From positions 27,988,154 through 28,033,413 of the forward strand of contig JBOZIK010000001.1 in assembly GCA_051453625.1 (NCBI GenBank): a stretch of 45,260 nt of DNA, read 5' to 3'. Source of the stretch: Welwitschia mirabilis. Its lineage: Eukaryota. Shown here one piece after another: positions 23,020-37,391 of the stretch. Under the pieces are notes generated by a model. It searched no databases and had not been told where the DNA came from. It was given only the letters and a program-made list of their open reading frames with translations. The position numbers were made by a program, and so were the translations under genes. Within the stretch, counting starts at the first letter, position 1. Each line of letters starts with the position of its first letter.

Positions 23020-25848
23020 TATAGAAATTCTAAGAAATGAGTTAGCAGAATTTGATCCTAGATTCCATTATGTCTATTAGGTAATAATATTAAAGAAGAA
23101 AGTAATAAAAAATAAAAAATAAGAAAAAAGAACTTAATTAAGATAAGAAAAGAAAGGGTATCATAGTTTACCTACCCTAAATTCTAACATACCAAAGTCC
23201 TTTGGTAGAAATCATAAGATCACTTAATTAATGATGTCTAATATGATGTAAAACCTTCATAAAAGACCACAAAATGATTATTATGATGCTAAGTAAATTT
23301 AACATTCTTAATTAATAAATGATAATATCAAAAAGTTATTCAAAGATGAACTCACTTGATTATACCCTAAAATGCACTGAAATCTAAAAAAGAAAAATGA
23401 TCATATAAGAGTATTGTATGCACAATGAGTTTAGAAAATAAGAAATGCCTCTAATAACATTAAGAACATCACTGATCCTATAGATTTTAAGTGATAATTA
23501 TTACTATAATGAAGGGATTGATACCACTATTAGAGGAGTAAGAGCCTGCAAGACATGCCTAACCAATCCCCTAATGGAGTTCCATAGCTATTAACACTTA
23601 AGAAAATTTACTCCAGTGTGGTAGGACATCATATTTTTTTAATAAAAATAAATCTCACATTACTAAATATGTTTAATAATGTAGATGAAGTAATTAGATG
23701 ATAAATAATGGAGAACATACCCAAACAACTAGAAACTCACACCATTAAGAGAGAATAAAAGAGCTAAAGCATCTTCCTTCAAAATGAAGTTTATAGATAT
23801 ACAAATATATTATTATTAGATAAATTTAATCTTATCATTTTGAAATTCTAAAGTAAAAGATTACTAATCATGTTAACTTCATAAAGTAATACATAAGTTA
23901 AGTAAAAGATGTTAAAATGATAGCATGATGTCCACCAAAAGAATTGTCTAAGGAATAATTCAACCAATGGCTAAAATTAAGTTTCCCTTATCAATATGAT
24001 ATTCCAAGCCAAGTACTTTTATCATGTTCAAGGTTTAATAGGTAGGTGATTTATAGATTTTTAACCTTTATTCATTAACCTTTTGAATGTTTCCATTGTT
24101 CAGATTATAGATTTTAATTAAGTTATTAGAATGTACTTTTTCTAAAAGATAAGCATCTAATTATNNNNNNNNNNNNNNNNNNNNNNNNNNNNNNNNNNNN
24201 NNNNNNNNNNNNNNNNNNNNNNNNNNNNNNNNNNNNNNNNNNNNNNNNNNNNNNNNNNNNNNNNNNNNNNNNNNNNNNNNNNNNNNNNNNNNNNNNNNNN
24301 NNNNNNNNNNNNNNNNNNNNNNNNNNNNNNNNNNNNNNNNNNNNNNNNNNNNNNNNNNNNNNNNNNNNNNNNNNNNNNNNNNNNNNNNNNNNNNNNNNNN
24401 NNNNNNNNNNNNNNNNNNNNNNNNNNNNNNNNNNNNNNNNNNNNNNNNNNNNNNNNNNNNNNNNNNNNNNNNNNNNNNNNNNNNNNNNNNNNNNNNNNNN
24501 NNNNNNNNNNNNNNNNNNNNNNNNNNNNNNNNNNNNNNNNNNNNNNNNNNNNNNNNNNNNNNNNNNNNNNNNNNNNNNNNNNNATTTGGAGGTTAACTTG
24601 TTGTGTAAAAGATGCACTTAGCTGATATATAAAAGAACTAGTTGACTTGGCTTAAATTTCATATGAGTTAACTTCTTATCATGTTTGAACTTAAATTGGG
24701 CTTTACAAATAAGTTGACAATGTATATCATAAGTATGTTTTTCATCTAAGTAATCAAGTTGGGTTAAATAAGTCTTAAAATTTTCATCTAAGTTTATAAG
24801 GTTAAGTTAATAAGTGGAATGGTAAGAGTTATAGCAAACATCAACTGAAAAAACAAAAACTTCTCATACATAAGTTTTGAAGTTGAAAAACCAAGAGAAT
24901 TTTGCTAAGTAGTATGATAAGCTTAAAGAACATTATTGAGTTTAGACGTCCAAGTTTCCTTATTAACAAAGACACATTTTGAAGCATCTTCTTAATTTTC
25001 TTATTTACACTCTAAGCTTGATCTTTAGATTGAGGGTGATAAGCATAGATAATTTGATATTTAATTCTAATAAGTAAGAGAAGTTTTCAAAAAAGATAAT
25101 TAATGAAATAAGTTTCTTGGTGACTAATTATGATTTTAAGAAAACTTATGTGCTAAAAAATATGAGTTTAGATAGAATTAGAGATAGTTTAAACATCATT
25201 TGTGATAGTAGGAATAGCTTCAATGCACTCAATAATATAATTAACAACTACTATGATGTAGTTTTTATCATAATAAGGTGGTTTTATAGGGCCTATAAAG
25301 TTAATACCTTAATATTTAAAAGGTTTACATTTAAGTATAGATTTAAGGAGCATATTGTAAGAGTGGATTAAGTACTATAACATTGGTAATCATTACAACT
25401 TCTGGCAAAGTCAAAAGAATCTTTAAAAATGTTAGGAAAATAGAAATTAAAATAACATACTTTCATTGTAGTTTTTTTCCCACTAAAGTATCCTTCACAT
25501 ACCGCATCATGACAAATATTAAGGGTAGCAGAATTTTTCCATTCTAGCACACATTTATAGATGATTTAGTTTTTTCACTTATAGTAAAGATGGAACTCAT
25601 TTCACTCATAATTACTAATTCTATGGATAAACAATTTGTATTGGTTATGGGTTCACTATAAAGGTGTCTTCATGGTAATAACATAATTCATAATGTTAGA
25701 ATACGAAGGGATAAGATAAGTAGAGGAGATGATATAGAGCTATTTAATAGCAAAACATTAGTCATTAGAAAAGCAAGCATAATTGAAATTTCATCAAATA
25801 AGGAAAAAAATCAAGATAAGTGATATAAAACATTGTTATATTTCTCAA
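23020..25848 (-). mobile_element. pol: Athila-like element C: RNase H end/integrase pseudogene (~24040-25848, gap 24165-24583) and downstream non-coding region
   Basis: Integrase Zn finger ILNICHDAVCEGYFSGKKTTMKV...FYFPNIFKDSFDFARSCNDYQ (ORF 25368-25550). 23150-24160 is colinear with 31570-32680 and 44340-45260. Interrupted at 25849 by an LTR. Confidence 0.85.
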
Positions 25849-27085
25849 TGTTGCAGTGTAAATTTATGCAATCTTTAAGTCCTTAAGCAAAACCTATAAA
25901 TCATAATACTTATAGAAAATAGATACTAGTATAAATGGGAGTTAACCTAAATATCATAATCCATTGAAGGCACTAGGATAGAAATTAGAGAATTAATTTC
26001 AAAAAGTATTTTTGTCTTTTCTATTTTAGTAAATGAAAGTGAACAACAATGCAAATGAAATGCAAGATGAAAGATGATGAAATGCAATGGATGAAATGCA
26101 AGTATAATGAGTTTTATTTGTATTTCAATCCTTTTATAACAATGATTAGTTATTTATAATTCAGATTAATTAGGAAGAATTTATCACTTATTCCTAACCA
26201 ACATGAACTATAAGATATGCCAAACAAAATGTGGATAATGAAAATATGAAATGGAATAAAGGAAATATAATGCAAGATCTAAATAATCAAGTCAACTTTA
26301 ACAAAGGTTATCCTTATGATTTAAATAAACTAGAGAGTTGTCATTAAATTATGATCAAGTTTAACCATAAAAAACATCTACACAATAGTAGTAAAAAGAG
26401 CAATGAAATTAATCATTAAATTTTACATCCACTTACAAGAAAGTAGCAGCACTCAATAGATGATACTTATCCTAATACTAAGGTAAACATCTCTTTGTAG
26501 CTACTGGATGGACCTCTTGTCCTTCAATCTTCCATCACAAAAATATTTAATCTAAACAATGAAAATGGTGTGAAGGAAAGAAAGAGTATTTATAGTTTTA
26601 CATTGAAGTTCTAGAATTTATTTCTAATAGTTGGAGAAGAAGCCCTAGTGACCCACATGGAGTACATGACTCCATTACAAAGATAATTATTTTTGTTCAT
26701 ACAAAATAGTTATCATTCTAACTATCATGGAGATGACAATAGGGACATCACTTCATGTTAAAAGATAATCCATTAGCTTCAGGTTCCAAAATCAACTCCA
26801 TAGATTCCACCCATGTTAGTAGTCCTCTTATCTTACTTATTGTGAGTACAATAGAGGAGAAAACAAGCTTTTTCATATTCTAGATTCTGCATGGTTAATC
26901 CTTTCTTTAAAGTATCAAGTATCAAAATAAGCCTAGGATACCTCCAAATATGCTAAGAACTGCATGTTTTAGTGAACATCCTAACAATTCTTCATAATTA
27001 TTAAAGTTGCATCCAAACCTATACAAATGTCCTACAAAAGTATTTAAAATCTACCATTAAATCCCTTCAAATTGACATCGCAAAT
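25849..27085 (-). mobile_element. Athila-like 3' LTR (element A), inserted at the RNase H/integrase junction of element C
   Basis: Plus strand begins TGTTGCAGTG, the reverse complement of the LTR end ...TGCAACA seen at 35916. Colinear with 13765-14962 and followed by ttagccttattagt as at 28545. Confidence 0.88.
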
Positions 27086-27442
27086 TAGCCCTATAGTTAG
27101 CCTTATTAGTACCTGATAAAGTAAGTGATCAACTATTGTAAGCCAATTTTACTAAAATAACCAGCAACTAAAAAAATGTAATTTTGAGTTTAATTTATAT
27201 TATATAAGAATAGATATAAAAAATCAATTAACTAATACATTCATAAGCCCTCTACTTAAAAACATTACAATAGAATAAATGAATGTCATACACATATAAA
27301 AATCATAAAATGCAATAATGATAGCTCAAAAAATGATAATGTGTATGCATAAATTGATATACTGATACTGAAATTGATGTGTAAAACTAAGTAGTGATAA
27401 CTCAAGAAAAATGATGCATAAAAGTTTAGTAATGTAATATAC

Positions 27443-28533
27443 TATTTTAATGTGTATTTATGCAATGTTTTATTCTAAGTATAATCCTATTAATCACAAA
27501 TAATAATGTATAAACATGACATACTAGTATAGATGGGAGTGACCCGAATTTCATAATCTATCAAAAGCCAAAGTAGAAAATAAGAGAGTTGCTTTCCACA
27601 AAGAAATACTTGCATCCTATTCTACAGAAATAACTTGTAATGCGTGAAAGTAAAATATAACACACTCGTATAAAGATAATCTAAGAAAAGGAAATAACAA
27701 TGCATCTAACCTAAACTAACCAAGTACAACCTTGACAAAAGTTTCTCTCATAACCTATATTACTAAAAAAACTATCATCAAATTAAAATTAAGATAAGCT
27801 ATAAGCGTGAGAAATAATCAAATATTAAATACATAAAAGAAAATGTTTTTATATTAAGTTTTAAATAACATCCATATTACAAAGTAGCTACACTCAATGG
27901 AGGAAACACCACCCAACACCAAGGAAATGTCTCTTTGGAATTACAAGATGGATCTCTAGCCCTTAATCTCCTGTCATGAGAATTTCAAATGAAAATGAAG
28001 ATAAGTAGAAGTCGAGGATGAGAAATCTAGTTATTAACTCAAACAAAAAATAACAAAGATAGAAAGGTGTGGCTAAACTATCATAGTTGTGCAAGGGAAA
28101 AATAGAAAATATAAGTGACAAAAGTTAGGTTAATTTTTAGTATAAATGTTATAATAATTTCATCTAGGTAATTTTCTGAATGGTAGAGGAGATAACACCA
28201 CCTCATAATCAATCCACATTAGCCATCAAATAGACTACAATTAGCATCTAGTTGGCACGGTCATCTGTACAATCATCTGAATTATTAGGTGGATGATGGT
28301 CTTTGATAATTCTTTAATTATTACATTAGCCTCAATGTTTATAAGAAGTTATCTTTAGAAATATGAAGTATTGAGATTAGTTTAGAATGTTGTAAATTAT
28401 CATGGATATTGTATGTTTTCATTCTTTTTATCTTATCTCTCCATTATTATGGAAATCAATCATTTACCTATCTATTCACCTATAAAACTACTCAAAATAC
28501 CTTATTAAATATGCAGAAATTAATAGCATAACA
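27443..28533 (-). mobile_element. Athila-like 3' LTR (block B)
   Basis: Colinear over its length with 42433-43515 (taagagagttgctttcca.aaagaaatacttg; ataaaagaaaatgttttt.tatta). The minus strand starts TGTTATGC directly after a PPT. Confidence 0.92.
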
Positions 28534-28547
28534 TATTCCCCCACTTA
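28534..28547 (-). promoter_or_regulatory. Polypurine tract of Athila-like block B
   Basis: Minus strand AAGTGGGGGAATA lies immediately before the LTR start TGTT. Confidence 0.85.
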
Positions 28548-29065
28548 GCCTTATTAGTCCCTACCAAAATCAAGTAGTAAGCCATGTTTGCGAGTCAACT
28601 TATTAGATAATAAAACAACTAGGATAATTAAGAAAATTATCTTAGAAAGATTTGTAAAAATTATAGAGGTATAAACTAAATTTTGAAAAATTAAGAAAAA
28701 ACTAAACAAACATCTATCAGAAAATTAGTTAGTCACCCATCCAAGTTATCATCTGAATGATGGAGGGCATGATAGGCTAAAAAGAGGTTTTTAAAAAATA
28801 AAACCTATGATAGAATGTTTTTTCAGATAATCATAGAACATAATAAATAACCCCCAATTGAATTAAGTAGTCAAGAATAAAACATTTGTCCAAGTACAAT
28901 AAAAATAGATCCTTACCATAAGAAATAAAAAGATAATAATGAAAAATCAGATATAATGAGTACACCATGTTAGAAAAATGATATGTCTATATAAATATCA
29001 GAAGATAGTTTTTTAGTATAAAAATGTACAAAAGAGGAGATAAAAATAATAATAAAATCACTTAC

Positions 29066-30266
29066 CTTATCTACTCATGATGAACTAGGGCTTAGCAGTT
29101 GGCTTAGGATCAGGAAAAGAAGAAGGAGGATGCTCAAGACCAACAAGGAATCAGATGTCTAGAGATGTAGTGATAGATCTGAGTATCTCATTAACATATA
29201 CAGGAAATACCTCAAGAATATCTATAGTTATACTCTGCTAAATGGAGATAGTATGCTAGAGCATGTTAACCATGTAATCCTTAATGTATTATTATCTTTT
29301 CTTAGGGGATAGGATCCTCTACTCAAATGTTTGTTTTCTCAGATTAAGAGCCTCGATCATCTACTCAAGTATATGAATACCTCTATCTACAAAACCTTTG
29401 ATAGTCTTAGTGGTCTCAGCAAGGAGATCCTGATTCTACTTAAAACCAACTCCAACTATAGGTCTTTGTACCTAAGGTCTCTCCGCCCCTCCTAGAACCT
29501 GTATACCCATGTCCTATATATAAGGAGCAGATGTCTAAATGTGTGATATATGCTCCTCACCCATGGGTTCTGTATCCCAAAATGTCTAAAAAGTGTTGAG
29601 AAGAGGCATCGATAACCAAGTATCTTAAGATGTCATGCCTTTATCATGGATCTAAGTCTCCTCCAGATAAATGTAGATAAGTCCATCTACTCACCCTATC
29701 TAAAAGCTATCAAAATCTATAAATGAATCACTATGGTGTAACTATTATGAAATGATGAGCTGATGTTATGAATTAGATCTCTATGTAATACTTTATATGT
29801 ATGGGTCAACTGGGTAACATTCACTTCTCATCGATCAGTGATCAAGTCAGCCAGTAAGAACTGTCATAACTGTAACATGAAATGGGAGAATGGCTACCTT
29901 ATGGCCTTATATAAATGTAACGATCATGTCTTGTAGCCGACTCTAAGTGTCGGTTCACCTCTTTGTGTGTATGATGTCATAAAACTCTCTTATCTCTAAT
30001 ATGTAATAAGATCTATGAACATCTATAATTTATTAGAGTCATAAGTTATAAGTTTCTAGTTTACATTAAGCTCTATACGACTTGTGAAGTTGCCAAAATG
30101 CCACTTGACATGGATGTTAGCAGTCTGTATACTCAAATAATAACTGTGTTGAGGTGGAAGATGTGTGAGCTCTGCACATTTAACCTCTGGCTCTACTAGA
30201 GGACCTGCCTCCTACTCTATAGCCTTAGACATAGCCTTATCCTATCTAGTTCTACATGCATGGAGC
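29066..30266 (-). pseudogene. Accessory (env-like / ORF3-type) ORF remnant of Athila-like element
   Basis: Visibly more GC-rich island between pol and the PPT. Translates to ...IIDVHRSYYILEIREFYDII...IVTFI*GHKVAI..., resembling the 'VREFY...VRG..I' motif of plant retrotransposon accessory proteins. Multiple stops. Confidence 0.6.
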
Positions 30267-32559
30267 CTACTCAATCGAAAACACAAAATTATCATGAGAA
30301 AATAGAAAGATAAGTTAAAAAAGTTACATGAATATGTAATAACAACCCCTAAAATTAATAAAATATTACGACAAATATTGAAAATATGTCATGCCCTCTA
30401 AAAAAGTGTAATGCATCTTGAATTGCCTAAATATGAGAGAAAAAATAAAAAATACACAAAAAATGAAAAAACTATATTTTTGATGAGCTCCACATGAAGT
30501 GAAAATTTTAAGTGCTCAAATGAAAAATCTAATTTAGCAAAGTTATAAAACATGTCAAACTGATCAATTTTAACTAAAGAGCTACTACATTTTAAACTAT
30601 GGTTTGTAAGAAAATGAGTGTAAAAGGTGAAAAGTTGAAAATACCTCATAATATGCAAAAGTACTAATAACTTAAAAAATATGCAATAAAATTTAAATTT
30701 GTAAGTTCCAAAATAAAGAGCATGAAAAACTTAATGATATATTTGAAAATTTCATATGAAAAGGCTGAAAAACTAGAGAAAAAATGAAAAATAATTGGAG
30801 AAAAAACATACTTCATTTTTGTAAATCTATTGAAATCTCATGAATTTGGTAATAAAATTGAGTGGAACAAGTTCTGGAATGCTAGTACAAGCTAGAGGAA
30901 TCATTGTCTCTTAAAGGAGTAGACAAAAATGATGATAAAATGAGAGAAAATGAGAAAAAATTATCTGAGCTATAGTTTTATTACACTATTATCTGGTTAC
31001 ATTATCCTAACAACAATTTAAGAATGACTCTTAGAAAAAATTAGACCATTGTCTACCCAGTGTTATCTAGACAATCTAGTGGATAATAGGACATGAAAAA
31101 TATTTTTAGAAAGAAAAAGATTAGCTAGAAAATTTAGGCTCAGATATAATCATTTAAGTAGCAGTTCTAAAAAAAATAATGCAAAAAGGCAAAAAACCAA
31201 ACAGGAAATCAAGAAAAATGAAGAATAATGGAGAAAGAACAAACACACAAGACAAGAAAAACTATGACTAAGAAAAACAGGCTATTTAAATTGAAACCTC
31301 TATGAAAAACTACATAAATGTACCCAAATTGAAAATAAAAGGATGATAAACTCAGAACTCTATAAGCTACAAAGGAATTTATAAAAAACTATGAAATGAA
31401 AATATGTGCATTGGATTTTTTTCAAATGATTTCTAAAAAATGAGTTAATCATGAAATAATAAAAAGGAAACTACTAAATGATTAAGTTCCTATGAAACAA
31501 TAAGCAAATGCAAAAATAACTTTGAAATTTGAAACTAAAAAGTGGAAGAAATACAAAGTGAAAATCAACACAAGGAACAAGGAAAAGATTGTTTACCTAT
31601 CCTAAGTACTAATCTAGCAAACTCTCAAAGAATACATCATAATGTCACCTGAGTAAATATGCATGATAAAATATATATACTTCATAAAATTCACTTAAAA
31701 AGTCAGTGGTTATGGAAATAGTCAAATATTTGAGTGCATAGAATAATAAATGTCAAAATAAAAAGTTACTTAAAAATAAACTCACCTACTCTCATCTCAT
31801 AAATACATCCAAATTTTCAAAAGTAAAATGACCAAGTGGGAATACTAAAAGTATATGAAATAAGAAATGCCTCTAATGACACTGAGAATACCACTAATCC
31901 CTAAACTCAAAGTTTATTTCTTCTTCCATGATGAGGGAAGTGCAACCACTATCAGAGGAGTAGGAATCTATAAAGCATAATCAATTCACCTCCCAATGGA
32001 GTTCCTCATAGATAACAATACTAACAAAGATTCTTTTTGGAAATATTTACCCCAATGTAGTAGAACATTATAGTGACAATGTATTTTTCATTGAAGCATA
32101 ATATAATAGATCATGGTCATTATTCTCTATCTTTTTTCTTTCATTCTTTTTTTTAATTTTTACTTTTTAATTTCCACATGATCATACACTTAAAAAAACA
32201 AAGGTAAATAAGTAATATAAAAGATAGAAAATAATACTCCTAAATAACCCAAAACCTTAACACCATTAAAAAAAATCACAAAAAACCAAGACATATTCCT
32301 TAAAATGAAGTTCATAGACATGAAAATATCTCAAGATTGGATGAATCTAATATTACCACAGTAAATACCCAAGTATAAAAGTAGTCATAAAACTTCATAA
32401 ATAAATACACAAGTTAAGTTTAAAATATGATTAGGTAATATCATAATATCAATTAAATAATTAGGCTAAGAAAAAACTCAGACAATGATAGGGAGGAAGT
32501 CCTCCTCATTAAGGGTAACCTCCAAAAAAAGTGCTTCTATTATGTTCATATTTATATCT

Positions 32560-34851
32560 AAATATCCTTCATATAATTTAAACCATTGCCTATTATCTTT
32601 CTAAATCTCTATAGTTTCTAAATATAAAATTTTAACTAAATCATTAAGATTTACTTTCTGTATAAGATAAGGACCTAACCATTTAGAGATTAACTTTTTA
32701 TTCAAAAGATGAACTCTAGTATTTTGTAATAAGAAGTTAATCAAGTTCAAACTTTTTATGAAAAATTTTTAATTATATTTGAACTTTGCTTTGGATTTAT
32801 GGATTAATTGACAATATATGACATGAGTTCTTTTTCATCAAGATTATCTAATTGGACTAATCTATATTCAATATTTTCATCAAAATTCATAAGATTAAGT
32901 TGATGAAATGCATAATAATAATTATGACATACATTAACCGATAAAATACAAACTTTACCGTATACAAGTTTGTCAGGTAAAAAACTAAAAGAAGTATGTC
33001 AAGTAGTATGGTAAGCCTAAAGTACATCATAAATTTTAGAAGCATAAGAATTTTTATTAAAAGAGATAAGTTTTTATAATGTTTTATTTATTTCTCTATT
33101 AGCATTTTTAGCTTGTCTATTAGCTTAAGGATAACAACCATAAGCCACTCTATGTTGAATACTAATGGACAAAAGATATTTTTTAAAATTTGATTAATAA
33201 AATGAGTACCTTGATCACTAATAATAACTCTAGGAAAATGAAATCTGTAAAAGATATGAGTTCTAAGAAAATGACAAATAGTTTAAGCATCATTCAAAGA
33301 AGTAGATATGGCTTCAACCTATTTAGTTATGTAATTTATAGATACTAAAATATAATTTTTATTAAAATAAGATGTATAATTAGGGCTATGAAATTAATAC
33401 CCTAGCAATCAAAAGGATCACACTTAAGAATAGGTCTAAGTGACATTTCCTATGAATGAACAAGACTATTGTAATACTGACAAGGATCACACCTTCTAGA
33501 AAAATTAAAAGAATCACAAAAAAGAGAAGGCCAATAAAAACTAGAATGAAGGATTTTTATCATAGTTTTGTGTTCGTTAAAATGTTTTCCACAGATACCA
33601 CTATGATAAAGATGAAGGATCTTAGGTATCTCCTAATCAGATACATATTTTTTCATGATTTTCTTTTTACACCTAGGTATAAATGTGATTGATTCACTCA
33701 TAGTCACCTATCTTATGAAGAAAAGATTTGTGTTGGTTATAGGTCTAGTGTTATGGTGTTTTTGTAGTTATAACATAGTTTACAACATTAGCATATCATG
33801 GAGGAGGATAAGAAGAAGAAATAAATAAAAAAACTACTTATTAAGAAATGAATCATTAATGATAGAATCATCTAGAGAAAAAGAAAGTTAAGATAAATGA
33901 TTGACAACACAGTTATGCTTCCATGCATTATTTATCATGGTTAAGTTAAACTCTTACATAAGAAGGATCCATCTAATCAAATAGGTACTAGAATCTTTCT
34001 TGGTTATGAAGAAATGAATGGCAGTATGGTCAATGTAAACATTAGTATAAAAGCCCAAAAAATAATGTCTAAGAGAATCAAGGCAAAATATAATGGCTAG
34101 CATCTCTTTCTCTATAGCAATGTAGTTTATTTGAACTCTAGACAAAGATTTGTTATGATAATATGCTTTAAAGTCATTCTCATATTTTTGACCAAGAACC
34201 CCACCCACAACAAAGTTACTTGCATTATACATAAGCTAAAAATCAAGTTTCCAATTGAGTCCCATTACTATAAGAGCATAAGATAATTTACATTTAAGCC
34301 TATCAAAAGCAAGTTGACAAGATTCATTTCATTCAAATTTGTCTTTTTTTCCCTCTAGTAACAAGTGAATGGGTTTACAGAGAGTATCATAATCATGAAT
34401 AAACTAATAGTAAAAACCATAATAGTCAAAAAAAGATTAGACCTATTTAACATTTATAGGGAGGATTATGTTTTTAATGATACTAACTTTAGAAGTGTTT
34501 ATCCTAATCCCCTCTTGAGAGATATGGTGACCTAAAACAATGCCACTTTCTAAAAGAAAAAGACTCTTTTCATAACTCAAGTGGAGGCCACTAGAAACAC
34601 AATAGTCTAAGACTTTCTCTAAATAATCTAAGATTTGTTAAAAGTTTTAAAATAAATAGAGAATTCATCCATAAAAATCTCAATGGAATTCGTAAGCATA
34701 TCAAAAAAGATACTCATTCTAACATACTGAAAAGTATCAAGAGCATTACAAAGTTTAAAAGGCATGCATCTAAAAGCAAAAGTACCAAAAGAAAAAGTAA
34801 AAGTGGTTTTGGCTTGATCCTTACTAGCAATGCAAACCTAGTTATAACCAC
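32560..34851 (-). pseudogene. pol: Athila-like pol remnant (RT C-half, RNase H, integrase)
   Basis: RT SGYN*VCIASKDQAKTTF.FSFGTFAFRCMPFKLCNA...IFMDEF; RNase H NASNFVVGGVLGQK...NYIAIEKEMLAIIFCLDSLRHY...DHTAI...LIRWILL (ORF 33954-34232); integrase end KLISKWLGPYLI (~32660-32700). Confidence 0.95.
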
Positions 34852-35916
34852 TATTGTGCTACTAATTTAAGGTTATTTGTTAAGGTTCTATGAGTTGTTT
34901 TATAGGACTTTTATACAAGTCTAAGTGAAATCTTGAGGATTTTGGAGATACAAAAGGAAAAATCAAAAAAGTGAAATTATTATCCAAAATTGATGTATTA
35001 AAAGTCACTTTTCAATGCACTAAGCTTTAAAGAAAGATTAATGATAAAAGTGCTAAGTTTCTTCTCAAGAAAATAATCAAATAAAACTATCATCCCCATG
35101 ATAAGTAGGACAATGACTGCTGATGTGGAATGTTGAGCCATCATTCTGAGAATATTTTATAAAGTGTTGTTATCCCCTATGTCATTTAGATGATAACATA
35201 AATGACACTGACATCTAACTGACTTTGACAACGACTCGTAACCATCTCAGCTATTTCTAAGTCATTTATGAACACATCTAAATGCACCTACTATTTGTCT
35301 TTTTCTACTATATGTTATTATAAATAAATCCTACTTTACCTCTTCTTCTCATACTCATTGCACTAAAAATCCATGTGATAGAAGATTAAATGATAGGAGA
35401 TCCATCTGTGTATGTTATAGAAAGATGTGCAGTTGATGGAGGGTTGTGTATCCCCTATTGAGATCTGGCTATTTTGTAACTTAGATGTTATTACTCTTTT
35501 AATATAAAACTTGGTCTTATTTTTATGTTTGCATCTTAGGTTTTCTGATTACCCTTATAGTTTATGATTGCCCTTAATTTGGTAATAATTTCTTAAAAGA
35601 CATAGATTATCAAGGGTAGCCTTTGTTAAGACTGAAAGCAAGTAGAGTTAGGGTTATTTTTGCATTGCATGTTAGTTTAGATTTCATCTTGCATATTGCA
35701 TTATATCTTTATTTTCTTGCATTTGTTATTTATTTTTCATTCCTATATCATTTTGTAAAGTAATCTAACCCTCATCTTATAGACCTTAATGTGGATATGA
35801 CATTTCGGATTAACTCCCATTATACTAGTGTGATGTATTGTGTAGGATATCTATTTTGGTTATAAATGATAGGGTCTTTTTGAATTTAAAAACTTGCATA
35901 AATACACATTGCAACA
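34852..35916 (+). mobile_element. Athila-like 5' LTR (element E), inserted in opposite orientation into RT
   Basis: Interrupts RT at gttataaccac (uninterrupted at ~39185 in the other copy), ends TGCAACA at 35916 and is followed by a PBS. The start lies at 34852-34855 (T[A]TTGTGCTAC). Confidence 0.9.
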
Positions 35917-35919
35917 TTT

Positions 35920-35937
35920 TGGCGCCATTGCCAGGGA
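35920..35937 (+). promoter_or_regulatory. Athila-type primer binding site (element E)
   Basis: TGGCGCCATTGCCAGGGA versus the typical Athila TGGCGCCGTTGCCGGGGA; both differences are CpG G>A changes. Confidence 0.9.
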
Positions 35938-36664
35938 AGGCTATTGAGGATTACAAGTTTGTCATCATTTGGATGAGTATATTGGACTTTTGTCTAGTTA
36001 TTTATCTATGTAATATTATATTTTACTAGGAGCTATAGGTTTTCTGTGTGCAATTTTTTTAGTTTTGGTTTTTTAGATTTAGTTTTCTATAGAAAAAAAG
36101 TGATCGTCCCCTCTATTGTCTTCATGATAGTCAGGATGATAATGTGCTATTTTTATTTTGGTTTTATTTTTGGATTGTAATTTTTCTGGAATAAATTAGT
36201 TTCTATCATCTTTGTGATGTCCAGATGATCAAGTGAATCAGAGTTCTATTTTTTATATTTTCCACCTTTTACTTTAATTTCTATTTTTGTTTCTATGGTT
36301 TTCTGTGAGTGTTGTCCCCTATATTGTTCCCATGACAGATAAGATAACAGAGTTGGTTTTTTTTATTATTTTCTTCTTATAATAAATATCATGTGATCAA
36401 TCTAGAAAAAGGCTTATCAGAAGAAAAAAATAACTGCTAACATAAGAAAGTATTTAAAAAGGACATGAACATAAAATCCAAGTGCATACATTATTTTTCT
36501 GATCTTTTTTTTTTAAAAAAAAAACCTCAATCAAAGCGCCTACCTTCATTTTGAAGTAAAAATTNNNNNNNNNNNNNNNNNNNNNNNNNNNNNNNNNNNN
36601 NNNNNNNNNNNNNNNNNNNNNNNNNNNNNNNNNNNNNNNNNNNNNNNNNNNNNNNNNNNNNNNN

Positions 36665-37391
36665 GGCATCAATCAATTTAGTCATGTAATCTACAACTAC
36701 TAAAATATAATATTTATTAGAAGAAGGTGGATGAATAGAGCCTATGAAATCAATAACCCAATAATCAAAAGGCTCACACTTAAGAATAGATCTAAGGGAA
36801 ATTTTCTATAAGTAAACAAAACTACCATAATACTAACAAGGTCACACCTTCTAGCAAAATCAAATGAATCACAAAAAAAAAAAGGTCAATAAAAATCATA
36901 ATGAAGGATTTTCATCACAATTTTATGTTTACTAAAGTGTCCTCCACAAACATCACCATGACAAAGATGAAGAATATTAGGTATCTCCTAATTAGATGCA
37001 CATTTTCTCATAATTTGGTTTTTATAGCTATGGTATAAATGTGGCTCTATCCACTCATAGTTATCTTATCTTATGGAAATAAAATTTACATTGGTTATAG
37101 GTCCAATTTTGTGGTGTTTCATGGTCATAAAATAATTAAAAATGTTTACATACTAGGGAGGAATACAAAAAGAAGAAATAGTGAAAAGCTGCTTAATAAG
37201 AAATGAATCATCAATAATAGTATCATTTGGAGGAGAAGGAAGTTGAGATAAGTGATTGACAACATAGTTATTCTTCCCTACTTTATCTATGATGGTCAAG
37301 TTAAACTCTTACATAAGAAGGATCCATCTAATCAAATGTGCATTAGAATTGTTCTTGGTCATGAGGTAACAAATGGTAGTATGGTCAATGT
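36665..37391 (-). pseudogene. pol: Additional Athila-like RNase H end/integrase N-term fragment, between two 100-N gaps
   Basis: Colinear but not identical with 33310-34035 and 37650-38380. Confidence 0.88.
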
